Origin: a virus
Virus record (IMG/VR): IMGVR_UViG_3300020448_000003
Span: 1-64,000 of that record
Strand: one strand, 5' to 3'
Length of the DNA: 64,000 bases
Positions 35,301 through 41,369 of the stretch are shown piece after piece. The notes beneath the pieces are model-generated. The model saw nothing but the letters and a program-made list of their open reading frames with translations. It ran no database searches and had not been told where the DNA came from. A program made the position numbers and the translations under genes. The first letter of the stretch is position 1; every line of letters starts with the position of its first letter.

Positions 35301-38300
35301 ATCCTTCACCAGCAGAACCAATTTCGACTGATGTTATACCACCAAACTTAATTTTACTTTCTGACTTATATGACCACGCAGATACACCGTTTACCCAAGC
35401 ACCAATCGGACCGAATGATGTATCATCACGTTTTGATACAGTTTCTATGATACGTGGTATACGTACAAGTTTACGTTGGTTTCCTGGTAATAGTGCTGAT
35501 CCAACAAACGGACCTACCTCATAGTTTGGTATACCAGATGATGCGATGTAAGAATACTGTGAATTGAAGAATGTATTCTGTACGTTTGTTGTAAAGTCTT
35601 TGATAGCAACACTTATACCCTCTTCTGAAGATTTTCCTTTATTCAAGTCAACAGATAATAGAATATTACCTTGAGGAGAAGCATCAGATGGAGCTGGTAT
35701 ATTGTATTCAAATATAGTCTGACTGATACGTGATGTAACGGTGAATGTACCATTATACACAGTTGGGTTTGCACCATAGATCGTTACAGAGTCACCAACC
35801 AATAGACCGTGATTATTTGAACAAGTAACAGTAGCAGTCTGATTATTAAGACCACCTGGTACAATTCCAGTAACACTAATGAGTTTTTTAACGTTATACA
35901 ACCAAGAAGTAATTCTTTGGTCTATAGATGTAGATCCTAATGATGCAACATTTAGTTTGTCACCTGGTAAGTAATATGAACCAGTGTCATTCAATACCGT
36001 AGATTTTGCATCTGCAATACCTAAAACACGTAATTTGATCTCATTTGACGCACCCTGATTAACATATACGAAGATATCTGAGTAAATTGTTGTACCAGCA
36101 TCCCAATCTTCCACCACTCCGTTCTTAGAACGTGTACATTCTATGAACTGGTTGAGTGTTTTTTCCTTATATTGCACTACCTCTTGATCATTGATGCGGA
36201 TTGTACCGTTTCTTTCTGGCCAACCAATCGTAGAATCGACTGTAATAATCGATTCAGTTGTAGATAATGGTTCAACAAGCGTAGTTTTATACGGTATTGT
36301 AAACTGTCCTAATAGTGTTTCTTCAGATATTGCCAATTCATATACTGTACCTACACCAGTGTTGATGGCTATTACGTTTTCAATCAATGCTGACGCTGCT
36401 TGAACTGATGAATCAACAGGGTCAATATACTGCATAAGTTGAGAATCTTGTAGATCAGCAGCAGAACCAGATATCAAATCAGCACGAAGTACGGTGTCTA
36501 CGTTCCAAGTAGCCGCAGATGGTTTGATAACCTCATCTTTTGGATACGAAACATCAACATTTTCCGAGTACAGCATCTTGAAAAGATACTGAGTTGATAT
36601 CTTCGTACCTTTAGATGCGTAAAAATCACTAATAGTTTTTATTATCTGCGGAGCATTGACTGTTTCATAGTCGATCTCAGCGTTTGGTAGATATTGATTT
36701 ACATAACGATTGTATAATTCTTTAGCAAATAAAGTATCTAAGTTCTTAATTTCAGCAGATACATTATGTGAAGACTGTATAGTATCTGACTCTTTAGAGT
36801 ATACTTGATTTCCTTTTTGATCAAAACTGGTTACAGCAGAAACACCACGCTTACAATTAACAAAAGCAGATGGTTGATATCCACTTCCCTTACTATGAAT
36901 AGTAAAACCTGTAATTTCTCCAAAACCAACATCACAAGATGCTTCTGGAGCAGGAGGAGCAGCAATATAGACTTGAGGAGGTTCAGTATCTGAATATCCA
37001 GATCCAAAACTGGTTATATTGATATCAGTGATCTCACCATTGAAGATGGTTGCAACAGCAGTAGCACCAGTTCCACCAATAGGTTGATCAGCAACATCTT
37101 TTCTATTATCAACGATATACACAGATGGAGCATCAGTATATCCCTTACCACCTGTTAATAGTTCAATATTAGTAACTCTACCACCAGTTACACTAACATC
37201 AAGAATTTGTGCACCCACAGGATCGATGACACGTGCCCTTGGAACGGTCATATAACCTTGACCACCTGATACTACAGTAACACCATTTACTTGACCGTCA
37301 GAGTCGATTGTAGCGACTACATTGGCAACAATAGCATTATCACCAGTAGGAGGATCCAAATAAATTAATGGAGGAGATGTATATCCTGAACCTTTAGCAG
37401 TAACAGTAAATGAATCTGCTTTGATGCTAGTATCGTTTAACAATGGAGAACTTACCTGTGCACCACCTGGATTGATAAATTTGATCGATGGAATACGATC
37501 ATATCCACTTCCTGAACTGTCAACTATAAGTTGTGATACACCTTCAAGTTCATCGTCAACGACTGCTCTAATTTGAGCAGTTTTACCTTCTGCATCAGCA
37601 GGAGGGTCTACAACAACTGTAGGAGGGTTATTTGCAGAGTAACCTTGTCCAGAAAATAGTAATCTAGTGTCCTTAATACCATTTACGAGTGCTTCCGCAG
37701 TTGCATTGCTTCCAGTTCCTAAAGTTGATGTAATACTGACTCTAGGAGAGAAACCTAACCTATATCCAGTACCACCATTTTTTACAAGGACTGCATTTAC
37801 CTCATTATCAACAATTTGTGATATAGCAGACGCACCAGAACCAAATTGAGGTGCAATTAACTCTACAGAACGTACAACTATCTCAGTTCCTTGTGCAATA
37901 TCTTCTTTAAATATTAACTTGTCTTCAAATATTGTATATTCTTCAAATGGTCGTTTTTCAACTCTATTGACAACTACAACTGTAGAAACAGTAGATAGAG
38001 GTGAATAACTGTTGCCAGCTTCAAAAAGATGGAACTCTTTACTATTACTTGCTGCTGTAATCGTATCTAGTGTCTTAACTGGTATACTTGTGTAACCAAT
38101 TAGGTATCTAACAGTATTAATAGCACCTGTAAGTTCTCCTGTAGGGGCAAGAGGAGGCGTTACAAGACGTAGTTTATCTCCTTCTACAAAATAGTCTATA
38201 TTAGGGAATTTGAACTCGTTATTGACGATTACAAGCAAATGTTGTGCACTTGAAGGTGAAACTGGATCTCCAAGTAACTTTAATTCAAATTCTGTCTTTA

Positions 38301-38727
38301 CTCCATCAAATTGGTTTGATATAGGTTCAAATTCTTGTATCTTTCTATCAAATTCCTGTTTATTAACACCTGGCGTAAAAATAATGTCTGGTGAGTGAGT
38401 TACACTCTCATAATATATGACTTCATTGTCAATTTGGATAGTTCCGTCTTTTTCTAAGAAATAATTGACATTTTCTGCTATAATTTCTTTCTGAGTAGGA
38501 TTAACTGCCTCTAAAACAGCAGATTTTGATGAAAGGAAGTTTGGATCAAACTCTCCAGACCCAATATCAGCATAACGCAAAATATTCCCAAGAATATCAT
38601 AGGGTTTACCTGATTTTTCTTGAGATTTGTAGTATTGCTCTAAAAAAGCAACAAACTGTGTGTTATCATCTTTTATAAACTCAGGAATCTGATCCTGAAT
38701 TCTATGTGAGACCGTTACTGCCTTCAT
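17302..38727 (-). CDS. gp7: Giant baseplate wedge initiator gp7 (7141 aa, multidomain)
   Basis: N-terminal QIPEFIKDDNTQFVAFLEQYY, DFYASKGT and KIQDSYFYQNFSYVIKS...HPVGF motifs; directly follows gp6. Confidence 0.85.
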   Translation of the reverse strand: MKAVTVSHRIQDQIPEFIKDDNTQFVAFLEQYYKSQEKSGKPYDILGNILRYADIGSGEFDPNFLSSKSAVLEAVNPTQKEIIAENVNYFLEKDGTIQIDNEVIYYESVTHSPDIIFTPGVNKQEFDRKIQEFEPISNQFDGVKTEFELKLLGDPVSPSSAQHLLVIVNNEFKFPNIDYFVEGDKLRLVTPPLAPTGELTGAINTVRYLIGYTSIPVKTLDTITAASNSKEFHLFEAGNSYSPLSTVSTVVVVNRVEKRPFEEYTIFEDKLIFKEDIAQGTEIVVRSVELIAPQFGSGASAISQIVDNEVNAVLVKNGGTGYRLGFSPRVSITSTLGTGSNATAEALVNGIKDTRLLFSGQGYSANNPPTVVVDPPADAEGKTAQIRAVVDDELEGVSQLIVDSSGSGYDRIPSIKFINPGGAQVSSPLLNDTSIKADSFTVTAKGSGYTSPPLIYLDPPTGDNAIVANVVATIDSDGQVNGVTVVSGGQGYMTVPRARVIDPVGAQILDVSVTGGRVTNIELLTGGKGYTDAPSVYIVDNRKDVADQPIGGTGATAVATIFNGEITDINITSFGSGYSDTEPPQVYIAAPPAPEASCDVGFGEITGFTIHSKGSGYQPSAFVNCKRGVSAVTSFDQKGNQVYSKESDTIQSSHNVSAEIKNLDTLFAKELYNRYVNQYLPNAEIDYETVNAPQIIKTISDFYASKGTKISTQYLFKMLYSENVDVSYPKDEVIKPSAATWNVDTVLRADLISGSAADLQDSQLMQYIDPVDSSVQAASALIENVIAINTGVGTVYELAISEETLLGQFTIPYKTTLVEPLSTTESIITVDSTIGWPERNGTIRINDQEVVQYKEKTLNQFIECTRSKNGVVEDWDAGTTIYSDIFVYVNQGASNEIKLRVLGIADAKSTVLNDTGSYYLPGDKLNVASLGSTSIDQRITSWLYNVKKLISVTGIVPGGLNNQTATVTCSNNHGLLVGDSVTIYGANPTVYNGTFTVTSRISQTIFEYNIPAPSDASPQGNILLSVDLNKGKSSEEGISVAIKDFTTNVQNTFFNSQYSYIASSGIPNYEVGPFVGSALLPGNQRKLVRIPRIIETVSKRDDTSFGPIGAWVNGVSAWSYKSESKIKFGGITSVEIGSAGEGYDAANPPVIEITGGGGTGAAASVTVNGALSEIEVDTGGTGYTSSPLVSIVGGGGFGATATAVITNGVVSRVLVESPGQGYTSQPDVSISGGGGSGATATASVRGPIQSVAITSAGSSYTSSPTIKLNSGEGAVAQPIIINGRIVSIAIIAAGNGYTTAPEIIISGDGYGAVAKASIGSVGEDRGKVIGVSVVNRGIGYTTGSTTIRLEAVGSQGTFTANVFEWTRNLQQELGSNFDGARGYVFAGYNTQYGGEYAHVSDPKQLRYVLGDNVFKNQSTQQLQELSTGFLHSPILGWAFDGNPIYGPYGYIDATNQSSGVRRIRSSYRVKSILVFDTATNPNPVRVDGPLLSDYPAGSFIEDYEYAFQEGDLDQYNGRFCKTPEYPEGVYAYFISIDASDAGNPVFPYICGPQLYSQPDSWNYSQNAVQTNIPADVVRFRDPYENVDIDIDRQPNQDTDILVTEDGLELIFEIEDTNRDGVINNLEDTTPYTIAEEPVLQLFDYYPKVSTRSEVDIDIETTTKFEDAQIDGFVIENPGISYKVSDKLFFNNDDTQGFGASAKVSAVAGLSIQGYSSYMSGDMPYGRITTPTEHELRVGDEIIVQESPILDSTNKTFKVKVIPGVENVTITQTGLGYSDDIPPTYELISSQGQDFQLTLNRTEAGAVNSANIVNSGSGYSPTNPPQIRVSHPQRFKKASYFLAFLKEQSGIVSINDIQVADDRTFYVCGHSSVPNGDTSGMLAKFNSDGRLLWKRALVPSLPASGTKNLSFKSLYVENSNPHNIYVIGELSPNTTSIVYNPDIVVIKYQSGFDNANNPDGIVQWQRDIAGISGTTRRDYATSIHLDQLGRVMIGGYTDSNSLSPDDMWVALLDLDGSVMEKRKIASASGNEHLHQLLWKANDTFLFCGISDPAGSSDIILGETFYDGVTIEVQWSKIITNSSYKFTDPTMSIDEYGSVYVTATAVNTDGKNYGVLYTKFDNDVYTSTVVSKMFVPTGTYASCKNGGVKFDVFGNIDLSCNVERDFNNVESVTSKISWNTGNIINSASVSETNGIGYAATVVSSDNSGDTIVAGNKVESVQLAILNWDTADNLLEDTYNDTLATGSNKAWYATGNAVIDQTKKYAGTSAVKLDAPNSLALLYGADVATSWTVEGFWALGSTQYAANNTTPHFYTVTDNVANEVKVGLDASSGANAGKVFLVLGGSTIYSTATTYLTPFNAEAFVHVALSKERVGVGNYVYRVYVNGVEAINNTSTTADVNLKDVTIGPKGTPSSSDSWIGWIDNVAVSQSATRTEAYTPALVTGTNTTTQAFIYKLDKDKTKLGSFTLNNVETGHTLTTASNSNYTFNTQSTTVSPWTIGPAGIQILDYGDVVANHVPGSLVFTSTDETFASRTATIPTPGGKKLLLTTTVIPKFYFRDARYSSIDLVKTLTFNQNATFTKGSTLQQYSVIGGADVVSAYGVIVDTGANFVKIGKIIGTFDNTKLLKSTVNDVNELSQSFVEESTYPQWVTNTPYTTGDIVYNDKKWYTASSTATSGTIAPVHTGGTTTDGNVNWAYTSASGIFIIDLANTSYSGGTLNQFASWKPFSASDYTIKIEEIYADSSFIKGDTIDADAVNLTFSVDATGKVATFGGLLGVKKISIAATLSKDVIPTGSLANTDIVYCSATSRHNFEVNDIIFTENFSSNEYNGSFFIKEVFTSRDFTYNLRSTAVQDPTFSGSGSSVSNVNIYAKHPKFLFVRGHQYIFDLDDNSNLGYYLSFSKDNQFKLEYPFINIIREGTPGFTDDDSPTPLVKFIINEDVTNISYYFDPSRTLPSNSPVGEGSFIDVIPSPYAGTFTVTGTSNAGKTFDFALLNEPEKTTAAVGDDEFGLPRSSYSTTSPKAIGPIASIKLVNPGGFYQKLPIVSDISSNREIEKVRITNGGTEYVNGIYYNVPIGGDGEGATCNITVTDDGDFEGVITAVELTSAGKGYTTASIDIDAIPGILGPLLAGSGGILDVVIPSEGSGASVFLQGRSIGKIKKLKNNEFGFGYSHDYTLKPEITFPVNLQLFNTALLAQIKITDPGSGYTSTPAVVIEGGGGQGAAADAIVKNNRLSEIIIKDPGSGYSSEPSVTLKSEFNYVVNVDLGYLQFNFPHGITNGAQVQLRAEDLGSTIGILPKPSSAGLVSLSSTQTYYAIAGEANGLESDQLRISLTQLDAESGSYITFLTQGEGRQVLLTEVFGGQATAIVETSRFLEGELVYQGSSLELASATGYVSTNEGWQIGPRILKLENYDGVWLAGERVTGQVSRASGLIDNLSIARGTLEIASLTTTPGQFIDDVGKPSEIVQKIQDSYFYQNFSYVIKSQTPINQWRKPVLETNHPVGFNLFGELAITGGKDISGRKVVSDLVKEVNINSFTNINQITSFANAQPIYTEFNNTEVLFRQKRLTNSEEILTSIVKKVDNISDQFDGIKTQFPLNVEGSSVTATEDQMFILLNGVAQSPGTSFSTTGPSIVFSEAPKAPSRIKFRSIQFSQLVITRMTFSTIGGIFPLLGNTVRSLQNEGTAVVIDSGVDYIDVISVVGSFQINDNVLASSTGFNAVLSAKTNLTSKTIYEQGERITNLSGKFAIIEENNLLDGVISDDLVVSRTSGTAAYETGEFEIKFNDIIYSARSKIAATVISISPYQDAVSNQIIDTVDLSPSSTFFGLVFQRVPSITYPNVILDNISETVINPTELYTDAANNQDFLDFENVRNQEIRYDNLTGTDFAAGTDIRLKKLYFTNSSMRIQPDTRAFNAAEALEKNAEFIAEEAVGLMLAFYPSFTIPTGNQNCIDDIVDVLNMIAWQVKFDGNSEVWDIANTYVQGNSIYHVDGQVAQTVYAMEKARDLALKCINMEIIVPAHTTKQQWRDTTVTPEYVVTDNSHGDARTLLLANKWYIAHESLHYAKLQNPGYTVSGGDEHCLSDIVDVIEALGYNTAHGGNDFIWEATDRILHYGVTSGDRNTIVNAFTKAKTMAVQIIQNNAVAKVDTSHGWVQFIDNTITNDPGNCAAVQSTITTLMDILINALGTTASPGTREAFQAAVTQTAPQADYSQGRLSYPVGDNACVNQTSAVTNFFRIITDTLQDPTGADKTTYQWSIFNLQRVEPAYAFQDAETIKCVKHSYKNKSTGGFFVFGDTVKGITSGNTASVIGSNGGSKWIYSKDPSGAFTVGEYITNSLLTNVGVTVDNLDYAVGTGSLDFNGSAHLTHPATEKLALGDGSVAAGDFTIELWIKATSVSGVQMLLDFRSSTSDTGAFYLLLNNNQIRWNVGNTDRITSTGVVANTWTHIAVTRSTGVTRLFVGGTLAGSYTDNTNYGNLPIKIGANASNSTGFTGHMENFMVKKGIAEYTASFIPSAVYDSSDLNLSFGFDGEAPIPIIKGEIYATFQQTITSTASADSIELWRSEIMTEEVDLSRQVERDCADIIETNKFWIAEEAVGRMKAKYPDFVIPGDTGTSTQGTDKCLRDTYEYIIPAIYKDLRYGGNYNSIIIGRGYLANQQGELAHVNEELLQSMYVWREVAKLCIDVITKDQADLTGEYTTRIRVPNYFSATPGSNITTYIMSLMDDLLDVLGPTGHRFRDGADLLYFNRKCIADEVVYWLEERYTVTINNVDVNQLYIPGGSPGREKCVRDIRDHIIPAIATDLITGGNSNAQGIIDSYLNSAGFIGDVEHELLPMLEAIGYAKWLMEKALQNLLISRNENIANLPAGSTNADTIDDFFQFQYTDLPAFRKAYDAAVNYDLTGNVITESTFNPPDPKIYTGSHRALDAADLINANKRTIAEEAVDLTVKQSAFKHYNFRVPGGKVHCEDDIVDILDGVIHDLRFSVNEKVYEASELYLNSDMGLKHVTDQADETIYAMRMARDMAILAIQNKLGFNPYESEYETGGALGGGGGGIESRPDYDYNAGGGFATSTEAGNKYYDASNEIKNNLRFIATTAVGRGLAQYSSLTFGGYGYQSCVDDVIDVLEAVTFNLAHGGNNIVWYASDFYITISNAVQHINSQAAQVKYIFEQARDIAIQVMRQQLVTVNGYTEGYAVYDNTITIDNNGATTGQLTPTDAAYTPTNGNLVITKAGHNLQVGDSITLDPNSLVFNCTFDGNQSNKSYPRPWDPASGATLPITARTNDTFTVNVGTTSNGTHDVSFAIYEEDTGNLFLDIGNHNLTPGRHIRMPDNAVSFLCPYGNGVHTYVSGVNNAIVASTGGSHTAGSGTTYDPITGNLVLNIGSNTLTAPTTHTASNVAYNPTSGVMTITVTSHPFSNGDQILIADNSLSFTCGEDSNATNHYYPRPSDPASGKWLTISNVSGDNFDVQVLENTPSTNQTTHSFVWAKTNGISYATSTVTIADGAVTFTCDADNHGSNHSYPRSTDPVSGTNVAVQARSGSTITVNVGVSTGSNSTKSYPRSTDYASGKSLEVLEVGDSTFTATNATYNPTTGIMVITSVAHGFNNGDQVMFDTNSLNFTCSMDNYGSVHSYPRLTDPAHNIYLPVQNKTNDTFEVNVGTSPTQLYSPSNVVYNPTTGDMVITIGSHSLVAGAHVKLSDNAFTFTCLEDNNATTHSYPRTTTTTHTSTDATYNPTTGIMTLRVPQHGFVNGDQIKIADNSLIFKCAADDYSTNHSYPRSTDPASGSWLEISNITTNTFDVQVLLSTEIPSTNTTTHAYQSSTASNITWKKDRAYDVPLTVKSATDTTITVNVLASGRTPSTNTTTHTFISAAANSVSVGGNYTHQFVSAKEHGIRFRNGRIKVNVNPSPTIYQYPHTFISAITGAVEYGGNYTHTFVSASSNAVNWVQGGGGASRCSNQASAITTLMNITVNLFDSSNTSNPRSYLDNITRTLPGEWPLTGERASVRDTTITYDTAGNGECAVVASSINTLFSIPIGVIQTAAAGNGSYLVNQSITKTVTPVGYQSGNTLLSGGGICYNVTSAAATLADLIEDTLGGAPEMYRQAAKLLMFNNEYIDKEAYYKSVNNYSGYSAEIEFGTNIRKAMIYDIITGGNIATIQLVNSWFDSNGNFVAYPGVFRTYLIYHAEAVKEYMVNTVEQDCLNPGPNNSEIPYTNRELRPTATAVHKIHQLFHLVMVGLERSSLPTVYLTESIDVGVAVNTDGSIDSVGHKFEAYDVVNYIVLGTAVTELDRAQYYIHPNTTTNKIYLTEYIDGDVITSLTPGTPGQIHTFSVGVNNGIHRVETTYGTRDIPTPIQGGINTADIFFGGTSGAYAEVIRIQDNLAQVLYKVEYVPVTHTSGSVKFENGEQIVKVGATGNTGTVLATDNSTYIKVIMSGGTFANSDNLEGITSGATATASASPHKRILVNFKQGEFIATDIIYSKQDSGKANALIVRNNDGSLLDNQSGRVTYDVSTVVGSFEPGDVIYGSVTDQIIEIEGFNQLPNFGEYLHTTTITRFTYSALITDTGVTDTFQVGDTLQLQNAGQSVGHTFVVTEHDADNNHVYLANETGRFSAIGDDLTVVAGDAAYTLSKIPAGSNFPSVYTQGIAAVTITNTSAYGRIEKIEQIGIRAIIHLGDTSGTFVKNAQIIGDYGFRGACSVAKTLRGRVRRFFRGFDGVQKNFKLTQENGTAYFPDPAGHMMIFVNGILQPPGGNNAFTAFSDNIQFTEAPAAGSSFHGVYVGKLRQLDDISFDFDSLRNSFNLKLNGVFYSLTLTDGVQSNTILPENNIICQLNGVIQEPGIGFELVGSRIIFSEVPRAGSTFVAFSYVGSDVDVIAATVVPPIESGDNLFIEGEEFEREVALIESSNSLITFEYTGSVRGRNADALATIEKGRITEAILTNSGDGYTTRPNVDVISSSGFGGKIKALVGLARIDVKNAGQGYVQPTVTVSTTVADDFLGPTGEGVNGGIDIYDPNYIPTGESQAQGEVLITVASQPVNVTVNQGQTASFTVVATTTPSGNTINYQWQKKDYGTDTWINIDGATSSVYTTPVTTQGDGGDEFRVGLTSTGATPTLSNAATLTINIGATTVDNFTPDQIFDDN
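20020..27000 (-). repeat. Seven phycobiliprotein-like helical repeats inside gp7 (interrupted by beta repeats and a LamG domain)
   Basis: Repeated A..I..N...IAEEA....P....PGG...CxxD....I..DL..GGN pattern; Cys codons at about 26881, 26491, 24865, 24370, 23833 and 23380; a seventh Cys-less copy at about 20140-20435. Confidence 0.7.
20940..23110 (-). repeat. About seven ~75-100 aa beta-rich repeats inside gp7
   Basis: Recurrent YNPTTG...H...GDQ...NSLxFTC..D.....HSYPRxTDPA...TFxVNV...THTF. Confidence 0.8.
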
Positions 38728-38739
38728 CTACCTTATTAC

Positions 38740-40809
38740 CTAGAAGCAAGAGTTAAACTCTGGGAGTTCGTATACTGTAGTTGGATAATCAATGATATTT
38801 ATCGGTGTTCCATCGAAGTTAATTGCAGTAAAGTCGAATGGATCAAAAGTAGGAACGTTTGTTCCGTCTATAGTGTAATCGATAGTTTGTACTGTAGGAT
38901 TGAAAATGGTTGGATCCAAACCAGTTCCAATATTGATATTTCCAGAAGCAGGAATGATAGTAACTGGTATTCTAGTAGTACCATCAGGGGTGCTTGCAAC
39001 GTCAACAGGTCCTACACATACCTGTCCAGTTTTATAATCGACAGTTCCGACATTTTTCATCAATGTGACTTCAGTTTCATCAACTTTAGTCACCATAATA
39101 AGTTTTCCGTAACCATCGTCACGAATATTTACTGGAAGTAGTGCAGATGTATCATTTTGTATCAAAGATGCTGATGAAATTTGACTTGCATTGACACCAC
39201 CCGCTATCGCTAATAATGCTTCTGTATAACCAGTAGCATAGAATGTACCTGTCTTTACAGTAGAATATCTAGGAGTACAAGTGCCACTAGGATCACTACC
39301 ACCAGACAAATCATTAGGATTTGCAATTTCATTATTGAAATTGACACATTTGGAGAACATTGATCCAAATGTAAATCCTTCTATGTTCATACCAAGTGAC
39401 ATATGTGTCACGTTACCACTGATCGAAGGATCAGAGGAATCTATCATCGATTGATACGCAGATTGGTCAATACGTCCGTTAAACCTTGTTGATTCCGCTT
39501 GACTATTGTATTGATCGATAGACCCCAAAACTCTAGACGCAACTTCATTATTAGATAATGCAGTTTTATTACCATCAAAGAACGCCCAAGTTTTAGGTCT
39601 AATGTAGAGTGTAATGGGATCGACAATAACAGGTTCGATTGCTGCAATGGAATATTTAAGTAAATCAGTCTTGATTCTTTTTTTCGTTGTTGTGTTAAGT
39701 AATGCTCCACTTTGTGTACGAATTGATATGTATACTTTACCATAAACAGGTGGTTGTAACCTCTCTCCACCATATACAGTAACAGATCTAGCAGCAGGGT
39801 AGACTTTTTTAGTAATGTATTCGTAGTCTGACTCTGTAACTGCTCTGTTTTGACTGTTAAATGCCCTTGGAGCATTGAATTTAATACTCAAGGTAGATTC
39901 TATGTCCTCACCATCTTGAGCACCGTCTACAGTCACTAAAGATATGTTTGCTGCTGGTACAAATCTTTGCTCAGAGTCTTGAACTTTACCTATAAATGTA
40001 AATTTCTTACAACCATTAGCAGCAGTACCTTCAGTTTTAACATACTCTAGTTTAATAACCTCACCAGATATTAGTTGACGACAGATAACACCATCACCAA
40101 ATACAACACTATAACGCATATCATCTCCTTCCTCAAGGAAAAATCCACGAGTTGTACCATCAACATCCACAATGTTCTGTACAAGGTTGTATGTGTCAAT
40201 CTCTTCTGACTGTGTATTGGGTGAAATTGATACTTTTAATAGATCAGTGTCAACTTGATCAGCAGGAATTAGATAACTTCTCTTTTTAACGTCATCAACA
40301 ATGTATTGATATGAGATTAAGTTACCTTGATATATCACAACTTTGCTAAAAGTAGCAACACCTGTAGACTGATCTACAGTTGCAACCAAATCAGATGGTA
40401 ATGTAAATGTATATCCTGCACCATTAGTACTAGAAATGAATACATCACCCTTTTTCAAGGTTACAGATGAAGGATATGTTGTCCCAGAACCAACAGTACC
40501 AGTTTGAACACTAAATGCAATACACGCTTTTGGTGCTTTTATTGATCTTGGCGTATAATTTAACTGTTTTGCTATCTTAACTACGTTATCTCTTATTGTT
40601 GCTGACTCTAAAAACGCCTCATTCATTGCCATATTAGCATTGAAAGACGCATAGTATGTGTTATATGATAAAACGTCGAGTAAGTATGATGCAGCTGAGC
40701 CATCAAAATCGTAGTCTGTAAACTCATCTCTTGTACGCAGGTACGATCTTATAGACTCACGGATCTCTGTAAAGTCTAATGATGTTAAATTTGACGGAAT
40801 TGCTGCCAT
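38740..40809 (-). CDS. gp6: Baseplate wedge subunit gp6
   Basis: LDFTEIRESIRSYL...DYDFDGS...NEAFLESATIRDNVV; QNRAVTESDY. Confidence 0.93.
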   Translation of the reverse strand: MAAIPSNLTSLDFTEIRESIRSYLRTRDEFTDYDFDGSAASYLLDVLSYNTYYASFNANMAMNEAFLESATIRDNVVKIAKQLNYTPRSIKAPKACIAFSVQTGTVGSGTTYPSSVTLKKGDVFISSTNGAGYTFTLPSDLVATVDQSTGVATFSKVVIYQGNLISYQYIVDDVKKRSYLIPADQVDTDLLKVSISPNTQSEEIDTYNLVQNIVDVDGTTRGFFLEEGDDMRYSVVFGDGVICRQLISGEVIKLEYVKTEGTAANGCKKFTFIGKVQDSEQRFVPAANISLVTVDGAQDGEDIESTLSIKFNAPRAFNSQNRAVTESDYEYITKKVYPAARSVTVYGGERLQPPVYGKVYISIRTQSGALLNTTTKKRIKTDLLKYSIAAIEPVIVDPITLYIRPKTWAFFDGNKTALSNNEVASRVLGSIDQYNSQAESTRFNGRIDQSAYQSMIDSSDPSISGNVTHMSLGMNIEGFTFGSMFSKCVNFNNEIANPNDLSGGSDPSGTCTPRYSTVKTGTFYATGYTEALLAIAGGVNASQISSASLIQNDTSALLPVNIRDDGYGKLIMVTKVDETEVTLMKNVGTVDYKTGQVCVGPVDVASTPDGTTRIPVTIIPASGNINIGTGLDPTIFNPTVQTIDYTIDGTNVPTFDPFDFTAINFDGTPINIIDYPTTVYELPEFNSCF

Positions 40810-40810
40810 T

Positions 40811-41218
40811 TTAAGTACGTTCCAATAGGAAATCTACAGTTTGAGTTATTCTCTCACCAATAATTACATACTCAACTTCAACTTCTAAATTATTATCATC
40901 ATCAATGTTAACATTTACCTGAGATACGGTAATGCGTGGTTCAAGTCTGCCAAGTGTATTGACAATTTCTTCTTTAAGTTCTTCTAGCATAAAAATGTCA
41001 AAGTTTTCAAATAACATTTGACGTAATCTAGATCCTTTTTCTGGTTGAAAGGGTCTCTCTCCAAACCCTGTCATAACAAGGTTTTTCATCGATTGTTTAA
41101 TAGCGTTTTCGTTTTTAACTACAGAGAAATCTTCAGTATTAGGATTTGCCTTCATAGACATACTGAAATCACGAAATTGACGTGATAAATTTCTTTCTGC
41201 TTTAAAACGATATGCCAT
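40811..41218 (-). CDS. gp25: Baseplate wedge subunit gp25
   Basis: AIKQSMKNLVMTGFGERPFQPEKGS...LEPRI. Confidence 0.92.
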   Translation of the reverse strand: MAYRFKAERNLSRQFRDFSMSMKANPNTEDFSVVKNENAIKQSMKNLVMTGFGERPFQPEKGSRLRQMLFENFDIFMLEELKEEIVNTLGRLEPRITVSQVNVNIDDDNNLEVEVEYVIIGERITQTVDFLLERT

Positions 41219-41331
41219 TATTTTTTAGAGTCTTCCTTTTTAGACCTTTTCTTAAGGTATTTATCATACCTAGGGTCGGTTATCAGAACATTTTTCCTGA
41301 GAAATTCTTCTGAACAATCAGCTGTCAACAT
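41218..41331 (-). CDS. Small hypothetical protein (37 aa)
   Basis: MLTADCSEEFLRKNVLITDPRYDKYLKKRSKKEDSKK; its stop overlaps the gp25 ATG (TAATG); late promoter upstream. Confidence 0.6.
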   Translation of the reverse strand: MLTADCSEEFLRKNVLITDPRYDKYLKKRSKKEDSKK

Positions 41332-41352
41332 AAAATATACTCCCTGTAGTTA

Positions 41353-41360
41353 TATTTAGA
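41353..41360 (-). promoter_or_regulatory. Late promoter variant (T)CTAAATA
   Basis: Sits in the intergenic gap upstream of the small ORF-gp25-gp6-gp7 operon. Confidence 0.6.
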
Positions 41361-41369
41361 CACAAAATG

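Noticed and set aside
17302-38727. Intein, intron or read-through fusion as the cause of gp7 size
   Set aside because: Continuous frame with no intein or homing-endonuclease motifs seen; size is explained by repeated domains
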